DNA of 63,962 nt, filler included, from Octopus bimaculoides (Eukaryota), in NCBI RefSeq assembly GCF_001194135.2. It is 6 parts of 6 records of this genome, joined end to end, with 100 filler letters (N's around TTAATTAATTAA, not from the genome) between each part and the next. Parts side by side here need not be neighbours in the genome. Positions count along the whole stretch, not along the records: positions 1 to 11,558 come from NC_068984.1; 5 more parts are not named here. The stretch is one strand, 5' to 3'. The notes beneath the pieces are model-generated. The model was not told the origin of the DNA, ran no database searches, and saw only the letters and a list, made by a program, of their open reading frames with translations. Position 1 is the first letter of the stretch, and every line of letters starts with the position of its first letter. The position numbers and the translations under genes were made by a program. Of the stretch, positions 1 through 10,849 are shown in pieces.

Positions 1-97
1 GACTAAAGGACACAGGACACAGGACACAAGTGCTTTTAATCAACGAAAAATTCTGAAACAAGTGAAAGAATAAATCTTGGAATTAAATGGTTTTGAT

Positions 98-560
98 TTA
101 CTGCCAGGTGACTTTTGGCCAACCCTGTATGCGTGTGTACAACATATGTGTGTGTAATAAATGCAGGCAAACTGCGGCCCACTCTAGCAAAGAGGTATTT
201 TTGTTGGAGACATATCCGGGTGTATGAGGTTGGTCCTGGAGTTTTTGAAGAAATTTGTCCAGTAAACATTTGAATTTTATGGGATCTGTTTCCGTTTTGA
301 CGTATTTTGGTATGGTATTAAAGAGAGCTGGACCGGTTGAGGTAAAGTAATTGTGACGTAATGTTGCTATGTGTACCGAGTTCGATTTTTGTAGTGAGCG
401 GTTAGCACGGGGGCCAAGTCTTGGATGGATTTTAAAATTGATGCCAACATCATTTGTGCAATATTGATGGAATATTTTCCACATAACACAAATGATGTAG
501 CGCTCCCGGCGGCGTTGGAGAGAGGAGAGATTGAAGTTTAGAGGTTTTTTAGTCGACCCC
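98..560 (-). mobile_element. 3' end of a CR1/L2/Crack-group non-LTR retrotransposon ORF2 (decayed)
   Basis: The minus-strand ORF contains RRERYII..WKI...HPRLG...TLRHNYFTSTGPALFNTIP...FKCLLDKFLQKLQDQPHTPGY...SLLEW, which resembles the post-RT C-terminus of this LINE group. Confidence 0.75.
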
Positions 561-639
561 AAAAACCAATGCTTCTCATATGTGAGAAATATATATTTAG
601 GGATGCAACAAAGATATATATAAATGGAAACCTTATACG

Positions 640-815
640 TCATTGTGGTTTTCTGGCACGAAGCAAAGCAGGCCTTGCCGTCCACACAAGAAAACACATA
701 GTGAATGATCCACAGGCACTCAAGCTAACTGAGTCCTCAACTCGTTCCATTTGCCAAAAGGTTTGCAAAACACCAGCAGGCCTCAGGAGACACATTCGTG
801 TCCATCACACACACA
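640..815 (+). mobile_element. C2H2-like zinc-finger fragment, probably the C-terminus of an RTE-type LINE
   Basis: CGFLARSKAGLAVHTRKH and CQKVCKTPAGLRRHIRVH. No splice context or linker typical of tandem ZNF genes. Confidence 0.5.
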
Positions 816-1794
816 CACATGCAAAGAATAAATATATTTGAGTAGTAGGTATGTATACGACGGGCTTCTTTCAGCTTCCGTCGACCAAATCCACTCACAA
901 GGCTTTGGTCAACCCAAAGCTATAGCAGAAGACACTTGCCCGAGATACCACGCAGTGGGATTGAACCAGGAACCATGTGGTTGGGAAGTTAGCTTCTCAC
1001 CACACAACCACGCATGCGCCTAACGAAACATATGTACCAACCATAGTTATTCTTTTATTCTTTAACTTGTTTCAGCCATTTGACTGCGGTTATGCTGGAG
1101 CACCGTCGTAAAGCGATTTGGTCGAAGAAATCGATCCCAGGACTTATTCTTTGTAAGCCTAGTACTTATTCTATCGGTCTGTTTTACGGAACCGTTAACT
1201 TACGTGGACGTAAACAAACCAGTATCGGTTGTCAAGCGATGGTGGGGGGACAAACACACACTCACATACAAACACAAACACACAAGTTACTTTTAGTTTC
1301 CGTTTATCAAATCCACGGAACTGTGTGTTTGAGAAGCAAGCTACTTGCTTCTTACCACGCAGCCACACCTGAAAATGAAAATAATACCGTTACAAAGCAA
1401 ATGTATAGAATATTAAGAAATAGAGCTGCGTTTCTGGTGTGATAAGACGAATATTCATCTATGCAACCTTCAATAATTATTATGATCTAGTGTAGATGGC
1501 ATTTCAGGAGCGCTGCATGCTGTGTGACAATTGCTATCTTATCTGGAGAAAATTTCAGAATTTTTCGTTGTTTAAAAGCACTTGTGTCCTGTGTCCTTGG
1601 TTATTCAGTAACGCGTTACGAATATATATACTATTATATCACATATAATGGCATAGTATAAACTTCAGTAATATGCTATATATTGCACTGCACCATTCTA
1701 CACAAAATGTTAGCATGCTCTACATTATTAAATGCAGAGATATATAGAAACAGACAAATAGACAGATAGCTACATACATACATACATACATACA

Positions 1795-2006
1795 ATCTTT
1801 TCTATTATAGGCACAAAGCCTGAAGTTTGCGGGGAGGGGTAAGTCGATTACATCGACCCCAATGCGTAACTGCTACTTATTTAATCGACCCCAAAAGGAT
1901 GAAAGGCAAAGTCGATCTCGGCGGAATTTGAACTCAGAACGTAGTGTCAGACGAAATACCGCTAAGCATTTCGCCCGGCGTGCTAACGATTCTGCCAACT
2001 CGCCGC
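1795..2006 (-). mobile_element. tRNA-derived SINE, family B (local label)
   Basis: Reverse complement of gcggcgagttggcagaatcgttagcacgccgggcgaaatgcttagcgg...gagttcaaattccgccgag. Further copies at ~10165-10362(+), 11270-11485(-), 29335-29547(+), 37395-37560(-), 52503-52725(+) and 60925-61100(-). Confidence 0.85.
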
Positions 2007-2130
2007 TTTATACATATATAATAATAATATGAGATGTTTGGTATCCAGAAGACCCAAAGGGAGAGACCGCTGTGAAGCGAAATAATAGCATGAATGAAGA
2101 GTTTAAGGTAGGTCGTGTGTGAGCGTGAAT

Positions 2131-2397
2131 GCGTTGAATAAAATAACAAGGCCAAGGCAATGTGATATTCCTGGGACATTTAGAAATAGAAGGGTGGTCT
2201 TACAGCTGTTTCAGGGAAATAAACGATTTCCCATTCCTTCTATTGAATTCCACTAATTCCTTCTATTGAAGCTCTTTCAATTCGTCTCTGATGATGGGAT
2301 ATCATTTATTTCCCTGAAACAGCTGTAAGAGCACCTTTCTATTAATAAATGTCCTAGGAATATCAAATTGCTTTGGCCTTGTTATTTTATTTAACGC
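2131..2397. mobile_element. MITE-like fold-back element with ~105-bp terminal inverted repeats
   Basis: 2131-2235 (gcgttgaataaaataacaaggcc...tttcccat) is the near-perfect reverse complement of 2294-2397. The loop contains a duplicated attccttctattgaa. Confidence 0.8.
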
Positions 2398-3216
2398 GCA
2401 CACACACACACACACACNNNNNNNNNNNNNNNNNNNNNNNNNNNNNNNNNNNNNNNNNNNNNNNNNNNNNNNNNNNNNNNNNNNNNNNNNNNNNNNNNNN
2501 NNNNNNNNNNNNNNNNNNNNNNNNNNNNNNNNNNNNNNNNNNNNNNNNNNNNNNNNNNNNNNNNNNNNNNNNNNNNNNNNNNNNNNNNNNNNNNNNNNNN
2601 NNNNNNNNNNNNNNNNNNNNNNNNNNNNNNNNNNNNNNNNNNNNNNNNNNNNNNNNNNNNNNNNNNNNNNNNNNNNNNNNNNNNNNNNNNNNNNNNNNNN
2701 NNNNNNNNNNNNNNNNNNNNNNNNNNNNNNNNNNNNNNNNNNNNNNNNNNNNNNNNNNNNNNNNNNNNNNNNNNNNNNNNNNNNNNNNNNNNNNNNNNNN
2801 NNNNNNNNNNNNNNNNNNNNNNNNNNNNNNNNNNNNNNNNNNNNAAAGTTGAGGCACCAAAAACTAGTGCTGTATTAACCGTACAGTTTCAAAATAAAGT
2901 GAATAAAGTCAAAATAAGTCACAGGATATCTAAAGGTGATGCAGTACGATCGTTTCAAGCGACTCCATTTAATTGAACAATGCAATCTTTACATCAGTTA
3001 AGTAAAATTATACAAATGTGTCCGACTGATTAAATTAATTCTATTTATTTATTTATTTATTTATTTATTTTCTGTGGAAGCTTGCTTTTCTGTGGAAGTT
3101 GGGAGTAAACTCCTTCGTTGTATCAGTCTGCCAACCGGCGTCGTCGAGTGGAGTCGTACTTCCACGTGGTGCATCATTGTTTTGAAGTGCTTCTCCCCTG
3201 TTCGTCGACTTTTGCA

Positions 3217-3415
3217 ATGGCTGAAACGAAGGAACAACGTGCTTCCGTAAAATTCTGTTTTCTGCTGGGAAAAACTAGGGCCGAAACAGGTGTCATGCTT
3301 TGAAACAGCTTACAAGGACCCTGCCATGAGCAAACACAGGTTTACGAGTGGTTTTCACACTTTAGGAATGGAATGGTCACTTGCCGCTTGAAGACCAACC
3401 TCGTTCAGGACAACC
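3217..3415 (+). mobile_element. Mariner transposase N-terminal (HTH) fragment, pseudogenised
   Basis: MAETKEQRASVKFCFLLGKTRAETGVML*TAYKDPAMS..QVYEWFSHFRNG..LEDQPRSGQP with a stop and frameshifts. Truncated by the adjacent RTE fragment. Confidence 0.85.
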
Positions 3416-3747
3416 GTTCTGGTAGCGATTCAACTATAAGAACAAGATCATCAACATAGAGGAGCTTCCAGGAGCAACTCGACTTAAATTCTTCTGGTTT
3501 TGCCTGGAGGACTATGATGAACAAGAGGGACCGGGGACCGATCTTTGGTGAACTTCTACTTGTATACTGAATTCATTGCTATACATGTTGCCAATCCGCG
3601 CCTTACTGACAACGTCCCTATACATGGTTTGTACAGCTCTCACCACCCACTCATCTATCCCTAGTTTCCGCGTTGGCTACCAGATAAGGGAGCTAGGGAC
3701 CCTGTCGAAAGCTTTCACCATGTCAACAAAAGGCAAGTACAGGGGTC
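3416..3747 (-). mobile_element. RTE-clade reverse transcriptase fragment (decayed)
   Basis: The minus strand reads PLYLPFVDMVKAFDRVP..LIW*..KLGIDEWVVRAVQTMY...EVHQ.S...PLLFIIVLQ...LLYVDDLVL. Confidence 0.85.
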
Positions 3748-4595
3748 CTACCAGGCACAAGGCCTACCAGGACAAGACCGGGCAAGTTGTTTATGGAAGG
3801 CCAGCAATCGCCCATGCATACCAGCCTCCCCTCTCCACGCAACCAGTGTTATCCAAGGTAAAGGCAAAGGCCGATACAGCTCTTCGTACCGCTAAGCATT
3901 TCTACAGCTGAATATATATANNNNNNNNNNNNNNNNNNNNNNNNNNNNNNNNNNNNNNNNNNNNNNNNNNNNNNNNNNNNNNNNNNNNNNNNNNNNNNNN
4001 NNNNNNNNNNNNNNNNNNNNNNNNNNNNNNNNNNNNNNNNNNNNNNNNNNNNNNNNNNNNNNNNNNNNNNNNNNNNNNNNNNNNNNNNNNNNNNNNNNNN
4101 NNNNNNNNNNNNNNNNNNNNNNNNNNNNNNNNNNNNNNNNNNNNNNNNNNNNNNNNNNNNNNNNNNNNNNNNNNNNNNNNNNNNNNNNNNNNNNNNNNNN
4201 NNNNNNNNNNNNNNNNNNNNNNNNNNNNNNNNNNNNNNNNNNNNNNNNNNNNNNNNNNNNNNNNNNNNNNNNNNNNNNNNNNNNNNNNNNNNNNNNNNNN
4301 NNNNNNNNNNNNNNNNNNNNNNNNNNNNNNNNNNNNNNNNNNNNNNNNNNNNNNNNNNNNNNNNNNNNNNNNNNNNNNNNNNNNNNNNNNNNNNNNNNNN
4401 NNNNNNNNNNNNNNNNNNNNNNNNNNNNNNNNNNNNNNNNNNNNNNNNNNNNNNNNNNNNNNNNNNNNNNNNNNNNNNNNNNNNNNNNNNNNNNNNNNNN
4501 NNNNNNNNNNNNNNNNNNNNNNNNNNNNNNNNNNNNNNNNNNNNNNNNNNNNNNNNNNNNNNNNNNNNNNNNNNNNNNNNNNNNNNNNNNNNNNN

Positions 4596-4671
<76 letters not shown>

Positions 4672-4949
4672 TATACATATGCATATATATATACATATAT
4701 ATACATATGCATATATGGGTACAGGACTTCCCCAACAGTAAACAATATGAAATACGAAAACAAATGAATTCGATATGCAAACAACGAGAGAAACAAATGG
4801 AAAACAGGACAAGTAACACAAAGAACGACCCTTCATCAGTTGTCGGCTGTCTATCTACTCCTCATTTATGTATGTATGTATGTATGTATGTATGTATGTA
4901 TGTGTATATATTATATATATTCATATATTTACGCTGATATGTATATGAG

Positions 4950-5335
4950 AGCCACGGAGGGAGTCACAGCCCAACTAATGGGAAAGAGAGTTCGTGTAGA
5001 TGAAATGCAGTTTGGTTTTGTGCCAGGGAGAAGCACCACCGATGCTATATTCCTGGTAAGGCAGCTGCAGGAGAAATACTTAGCCAAAGATAGACCCCTG
5101 TACTTGCCTTTTGTTGACATGGTGAAAGCTTTCGACAGGGTCCCTAGCTCCCTTATCTGGTAGCCAACGTGGAAACTAGGGATAGATAAGTGGATGGTGA
5201 GAGCTGTACAAGCCATGTACAGGGATGCTGTCAGTAAGGCGCGGATTGGCAACATGTATAGCAATGAATTCAGTGTACAAGTGGAAGTTCACCAAAGATC
5301 TGTCCCCGGTCCCTCTTGTTCATCATAGTCCTCCA
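4950..5335 (+). mobile_element. RTE-clade reverse transcriptase fragment (decayed)
   Basis: DEMQFGFVPGRSTTDAIFLVRQLQEKYLAKDRPLYLPFVDMVKAFDRVP, followed by an in-frame TAG. Confidence 0.9.
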
Positions 5336-6479
5336 CAACCACCACCACCACTACTACCAACCCAACCACCACCAACACCTCAGTCACTACTACCNNNNNN
5401 NNNNNNNNNNNNNNNNNNNNNNNNNNNNNNNNNNNNNNNNNNNNNNNNNNNNNNNNNNNNNNNNNNNNNNNNNNNNNNNNNNNNNNNNNNNNNNNNNNNN
5501 NNNNNNNNNNNNNNNNNNNNNNNNNNNNNNNNNNNNNNNNNNNNNNNNNNNNNNNNNNNNNNNNNNNNNNNNNNNNNNNNNNNNNNNNNNNNNNNNNNNN
5601 NNNNNNNNNNNNNNNNNNNNNNNNNNNNNNNNNNNNNNNNNNNNNNNNNNNNNNNNNNNNNNNNNNNNNNNNNNNNNNNNNNNNNNNNNNNNNNNNNNNN
5701 NNNNNNNNNNNNNNNNNNNNNNNNNNNNNNNNNNNNNNNNNNNNNNNNNNNNNNNNNNNNNNNNNNNNNNNNNNNNNNNNNNNNNNNNNNNNNNNNNNNN
5801 NNNNNNNNNNNNNNNNNNNNNNNNNNNNNNNNNNNNNNNNNNNNNNNNNNNNNNNNNNNNNNNNNNNNNNNNNNNNNNNNNNNNNNNNNNNNNNNNNNNN
5901 NNNNNNNNNNNNNNNNNNNNNNNNNNNNNNNNNNNNNNNNNNNNNNNNNNNNNNNNNNNNNNNNNNNNNNNNNNNNNNNNNNNNNNNNNNNNNNNNNNNN
6001 NNNNNNNNNNNNNNNNNNNNNNNNNNNNNNNNNNNNNNNNNNNNNNNNNNNNNNNNNNNNNNNNNNNNNNNNNNNNNNNNNNNNNNNNNNNNNNNNNNNN
6101 NNNNNNNNNNNNNNNNNNNNNNNNNNNNNNNNNNNNNNNNNNNNNNNNNNNNNNNNNNNNNNNNNNNNNNNNNNNNNNNNNNNNNNNNNNNNNNNNNNNN
6201 NNNNNNNNNNNNNNNNNNNNNNNNNNNNNNNNNNNNNNNNNNNNNNNNNNNNNNNNNNNNNCACCACCACCACCACCACCACCACCACCACCATCGCCAC
6301 CACCACCACCAACACTACTAATACTACTACTACTATTGAGCTATCGTTTTTCGGTCCATTTCACACATTAAATTCAACATATAAACACACATACGTACAC
6401 ACATATATTTTTATACAAACATATACATTGCTGTGTGTACGTGTATGTACATACATACACACATACATACATACATACA

Positions 6480-6517
<38 letters not shown>

Positions 6518-6905
6518 AATAATATAAATAATATAGTTATATGCATATATCCATGCATACATGTACATACCTACATCTATATGTATACATACATGCATAT
6601 TTGGGTACAGGACATCACAAAAAAACGTTAAACACAATGAGAAACGAAAACATAAGAATCATACATACATACATACATACATTAGGTCAGTTAGATATAA
6701 AGTTAAGCTATTTCCAGAGAAGCATTCGACCCGAATACTGGGCTATCAGCACTGTCGGGTCCCAGGCCAACGCCGATATTCCTCAAATGTAGGAAATCCA
6801 AGTTCCACGACGATTCTACCGTAAAGTGGATTTGGTGAAGAGTAAATAAGTCCAAGTGATAAAGATATGTTAAAGAATTTTCTTTGTCATCTTCTTATCG
6901 TTTGA

Positions 6906-6963
<58 letters not shown>

Positions 6964-7268
6964 NNNNNNNNNNNNNNNNNNNNNNNNNNNNNNNNNNNNN
7001 NNNNNNNNNNNNNNNNNNNNNNNNNNNNNNNNNNNNNNNNNNNNNNNNNNNNNNNNNNNNNNNNNNNNNNNNNNNNNNNNNNNNNNNNNNNNNNNNNNNN
7101 NNNNNNNNNNNNNNNNNNNNNNNNNNNNNNNNNNNNNNNNNNNNNNNNNNNNNNNNNNNNNNNNNNNNNNNNNNNNNNNNNNNNNNNNNNNNNNNNNNNN
7201 NNNNNNNNNNNNNNNNNNNNNNNNNNNNNNNNNNNNNNNNNNNNNNNNNNNNNNNNNNNNNNNNNNNN

Positions 7269-7310
<42 letters not shown>

Positions 7311-7339
7311 CATTGATTCTCTCTATTTTTGTCAATGTT

Positions 7340-7730
7340 GTTTTGTGGCTGTGTGGTAAGAAGCTTGCTTCCCAACCACATGGTTCGAGGTTCAGTTCCA
7401 CAGCGTGGGCACTCTTCTACTCTCGTGCCCACCAAAACCTTGAGAGTGGATTTGGTAGACAGAAACTGAAAGAAGTCCGTCGAGTGTATGTATGTATATA
7501 TGTGAGTGTGTGTGTGTGTGTGTGTATTTGTATCTGTGTTTGTCCCCTCACCACCGCTTGACAACCAGTGCTGGTGTGTTTACGTCCCCATAATTATAAC
7601 GGTTCGGTAAAAAGCACGATAGAATAAGTACCAGGTTAAAAAAGTACTTGGTCGATACACTCGACTAAAAATTCATTAAGGTGACGCCCCAGCATGGCCG
7701 TAGTCTAATGGCTAAAACAAATAAAATATA
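7340..7730 (+). mobile_element. tRNA-derived SINE, family A (local label), with internal (TG)n
   Basis: tggctgtgtggtaagaagcttgcttcccaaccacatggttc...gtggatttggtagacagaaactgaaagaag...(TG)n...gatagaataagtacc. Further copies at ~840-1270(-), 9110-9250(-), 21500-21665, 24850-25160, 30400-30560(-), 36470-36740, 38100-38245, 49390-49560(-) and 54660-54830(-). Confidence 0.85.
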
Positions 7731-7789
7731 AGATATATAAATATAGATGGTGGTTGTCTACTTCTTATGCAGAATTTGACCACCTCCTG

Positions 7790-8150
7790 TATCTACACCT
7801 TAGCACCATCATGGCGTCTGATGAGGCTTTTTAAACCAGACAATGTTTTGAAAAGACACCCACATTGATTCCACCTCTGATTTGGACCACCAAGAGCTGC
7901 AGATAAGTTCAGCTGTTTTGAGGCCTCCGTTGGATTTGCAAACCTTCTGGCATACATTGCATTCAAAGGTGTGNNNNNNNNNNGGATTTGCAAACCTTCT
8001 GGCATACATTGCATTCAAAGGTGTGCACAGACATATAGGCAGAATAGTTGGTGGAGGTTCGTTTTCCAGGGGTTCCCAAATGAGATTTGAGGCCAGCCAA
8101 AGACAGGCATGGTCTGTCACAGACTGTGCACACAAAAGGGTCATTGTCAT
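7790..8150 (-). mobile_element. Decayed triple C2H2-like zinc-finger segment, probably an RTE-type LINE C-terminus
   Basis: CTVCDRPCLSLAGLKSH, ECNVCQKVCKSNGGLK and CGCLFKTLSGLKSLIRRH occur across shifting frames. Confidence 0.5.
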
Positions 8151-8728
8151 TCATCTTCTCGATCATAACATTCTTCCTGTGTGGTAAGAAGCTTGTTTCG
8201 TAACCATATGATACCAAGTTCAGTCCCACTGTCTATTTTGTGTAATCTATGAAACAAATGAAGACTTCTGGATGTAGTGATCAGAAAAAGTTAGAAGAAG
8301 GATCTGTTCATAAATTTGCAAGAAGGCAGAGAGTATGGTGGTGACAAGGAAGGAAGATCCAAAGTGCATGCTGAGAACAAAACAATCAAATCAATTAATA
8401 AGATCAATTAATCTTGAGTTCAAAATCACGTTGAGGATCTTAGATCTAAACAAAATGTGTGCCATTTCGGCCAAACAAAGCGCACATTTTGCTTAGATCT
8501 AAGATGCCCAACGTGATTTTGGACTCAAGATCAGAAATTTTCAGCAGATGCAAGCATATGCATAAATATCTGTTTAAAAAAAAAAACTAGAAGATACCAC
8601 CCAATCCTGATTAACTACATACCAATTTATTTCATCTTTTGTCGCCTGGTGGCGACCCTTATGTTTTTTTCTCCTTTCATCGTGTCACCTCATGTTTGTA
8701 TTTTATATTCAGGTTTATTATTTACTAA

Positions 8729-9097
8729 GTGGAAGTGCAATGGCCCAGTGGTTAGGGCACCGGACTCAAGGTTTCGATTCCCAGACTGGGCGTTGTGAGT
8801 GTTTATTGAACGAAAACACCTAAAGCTCCACGAGGCTCCAGCAGGGGATGGTGGCGAACCCTGCTGTACTCTTTCACCACAACTTTCTCTCACTCTTTCT
8901 TCCTGTTTCTGTTGTACTCGTATTTCAAAGGGGCCAGCCTTGTTACACACTGTATCACGCTGAATTTCCTTGAGAACTACGTTAAGGCTACACGTGTCTG
9001 TGGAGTGCTCAGCCGCTTGCACATTGATTTCACGAGTAGGCTGTTCCGTTGATCGGATCAACTGGAACACTCGCCGTCGTAACCGGCGGAATGCCAC
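8729..9097 (+). mobile_element. tRNA-derived SINE, family C (local label), near full length
   Basis: tRNA-like head gtgga.g.gcaatggcccagtggttagggca...gtttcgattccca with A- and B-box-like motifs. Homologous copies at 11219-11257, 12515-12725, 48880-49072 and 56507-56880. Confidence 0.85.
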
Positions 9098-9378
9098 GAT
9101 ATATATATATATATCAAGCTTCCGTCTACCAAATCCACTCACAAGACTTGTGACTATAGTAGAAGACATTTGCCCAAGGTGCCATGCAGTAGGGCTGAAC
9201 CTGGAACCATGTGACTGGGAAGCAAGCTTCTTACCACACCGCCACGCCTGCGCAATATCCTAGCAAGATTTTCAATTATTATTGATGAAAGAAATATTTC
9301 TCAATAATTCTCCGAATTTCTCCCGTCTTTTAATATTTTAATAGACTTTTTTTTAAATTTTCTATTCTGCGATTCTAG

Positions 9379-9568
9379 GAAATTTTGCTCCTTATATAGT
9401 GTCTTATATGAGAGACAGGAAAGTAGCACCCGACCTTCAATATAATGAATCTATATGGATTTTTGCTATGGTACTCCTGGGTCAAGGAACCACAGGATTC
9501 CTCGGAGGGATGTTAGAACGATTGATAGGACCAAGGCTGACAACACTTGCAGGAGCCTGGATAATGAG
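9379..9568 (+). CDS. Internal exon of an MFS transporter (OFA / oxalate:formate antiporter-like), region of TM2-TM3
   Basis: Acceptor ttctAG at 9377-78 and donor GTAAGG at 9569. The 190 nt (phase 1 in, phase 2 out) translate without a stop as (G)NFAPYIVSYMRDRKVAPDLQYNESIWIFAMVLLGQGTTGFLGGMLERLIGPRLTTLAGAWIM(S). This includes an MFS motif-A-like GGMLERLIGPR. The phase matches the next exon. Family assignment is from recalled invertebrate OFA-like sequences. Confidence 0.9.
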
Positions 9569-10474
9569 GTAAGGCTGCCAGAAGTACGCATTTCTACTGT
9601 GTGTGCATGTGTATGATTGTGTGTCTGTGGGAGTCTGTCTGCCTGTGTGTTTGTGTGTATATGTTTGTGCGTATGTGTATCTGTGCGCATGTGTGTGTGT
9701 CTGTACGTGTGTGTGTGTGTCTGTACGCATATGTGGCTATGTTCGTGATTGTGTGTCTGCGTCGCAACACAGACTCCAAATACAAATTCGAATCAGCTGG
9801 TCTTAAAACATTATACGTAAACCATTCTTTTTAGCAAAATAAATATAAATTCTACACCATTTTTTGCTTATGAACCACTTTGATTCCCATTTTACTCTGC
9901 TGGAACTCCATAGCCATTTGATGCTTTTGTTTTAAATACCCCATTATATTTTTATAATGAAATATTTTTAGAAGTTGTATGAAAATAATGTTAAAATGTT
10001 TGTGTATTGTAGAAACCGATTTATTGTGGATAATTTTCAACAACTAAATCTTATATGAGCTGCCGAGGCTCATATGGACGCTGGTCAAGAACCATTTCTC
10101 TACATCATATGTTGAGGACACATTTTTGCTTGTTAACATAACGTAAAATATGTGCCTTTTGTTAAGGTGGCGAGCTCGGGGTCGATAAATTAAGCACCAG
10201 TTACGCACTGGGGTCGATGTAATCGACTTAAACTGCCGAGGTCGATTTTGCCTTTTATCCTTTCTGGGTCGATAAACTAAGTACCAGTTGCGTACTGGGG
10301 TCCATCTAAATCGACTGGCTCCCTCCACCAAAATCTCGGGCCTTGTGCCTAGAGTAGAAAATATGTGCCTTTTCTTTCTTATCTGGTGTCATCCATGACA
10401 GACAGAAAGGAGACTTTCTTTCACGTGTGTATATTTTGTTGAAATTGTGTATATTTTCATTTTCAGTCATACAC

Positions 10475-10507
<33 letters not shown>

Positions 10508-10626
10508 TCTCTCTCTCTCTCTCATTCTTTCGTGTATTCAGCTGTTTTTTTTTTATTGTTTCTCTCTCTCTCTTTCTCTTTCTCTCTCTCTCTCTCTCTC
10601 CCTCATTTCTTCTCTTTCTCTTGCAG

Positions 10627-10753
10627 TAGTGGTGTTCTGTTAACTTATTTCAGCGTGAATCACAGCTTCGCATCCTGTCTCATCACATACGGTCTCATAT
10701 TTGGTTTCGGAGTGGGTTTAGCTTATCCAATACCCACGGGATGCGCAATGAGG
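10627..10753 (+). CDS. Next internal exon of the same OFA-like MFS transporter (region of TM4-TM5)
   Basis: A long CT tract precedes ttgCAG (10624-26); donor GTGAGA at 10754. The 127 nt read (S)SGVLLTYFSVNHSFASCLITYGLIFGFGVGLAYPIPTGCAMR, in frame with the previous exon (AG+T = Ser). YG..FG.G.G..Y......AMR followed by W is typical of OFA/MCT-like MFS proteins. Confidence 0.9.
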
Positions 10754-10849
10754 GTGAGACAAATTTACTTATTTTCTTCCTTCCTTTATTTCTCCATCTT
10801 GTATTCTTTGTTCTTTTCTTCCCATATTTGATAAAACTACTTCATTCCG

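Noticed and set aside
7932-8025. 42-bp direct repeat on either side of a 10-N gap
   Set aside because: An identical duplication flanking a minimal gap is typical of an unmerged contig overlap.
8729-8800. tRNA gene calls for the SINE heads (also 48990-49072, 56810-56880 and family A/B heads)
   Set aside because: The heads continue into shared SINE bodies and tails and lack a complete cloverleaf.
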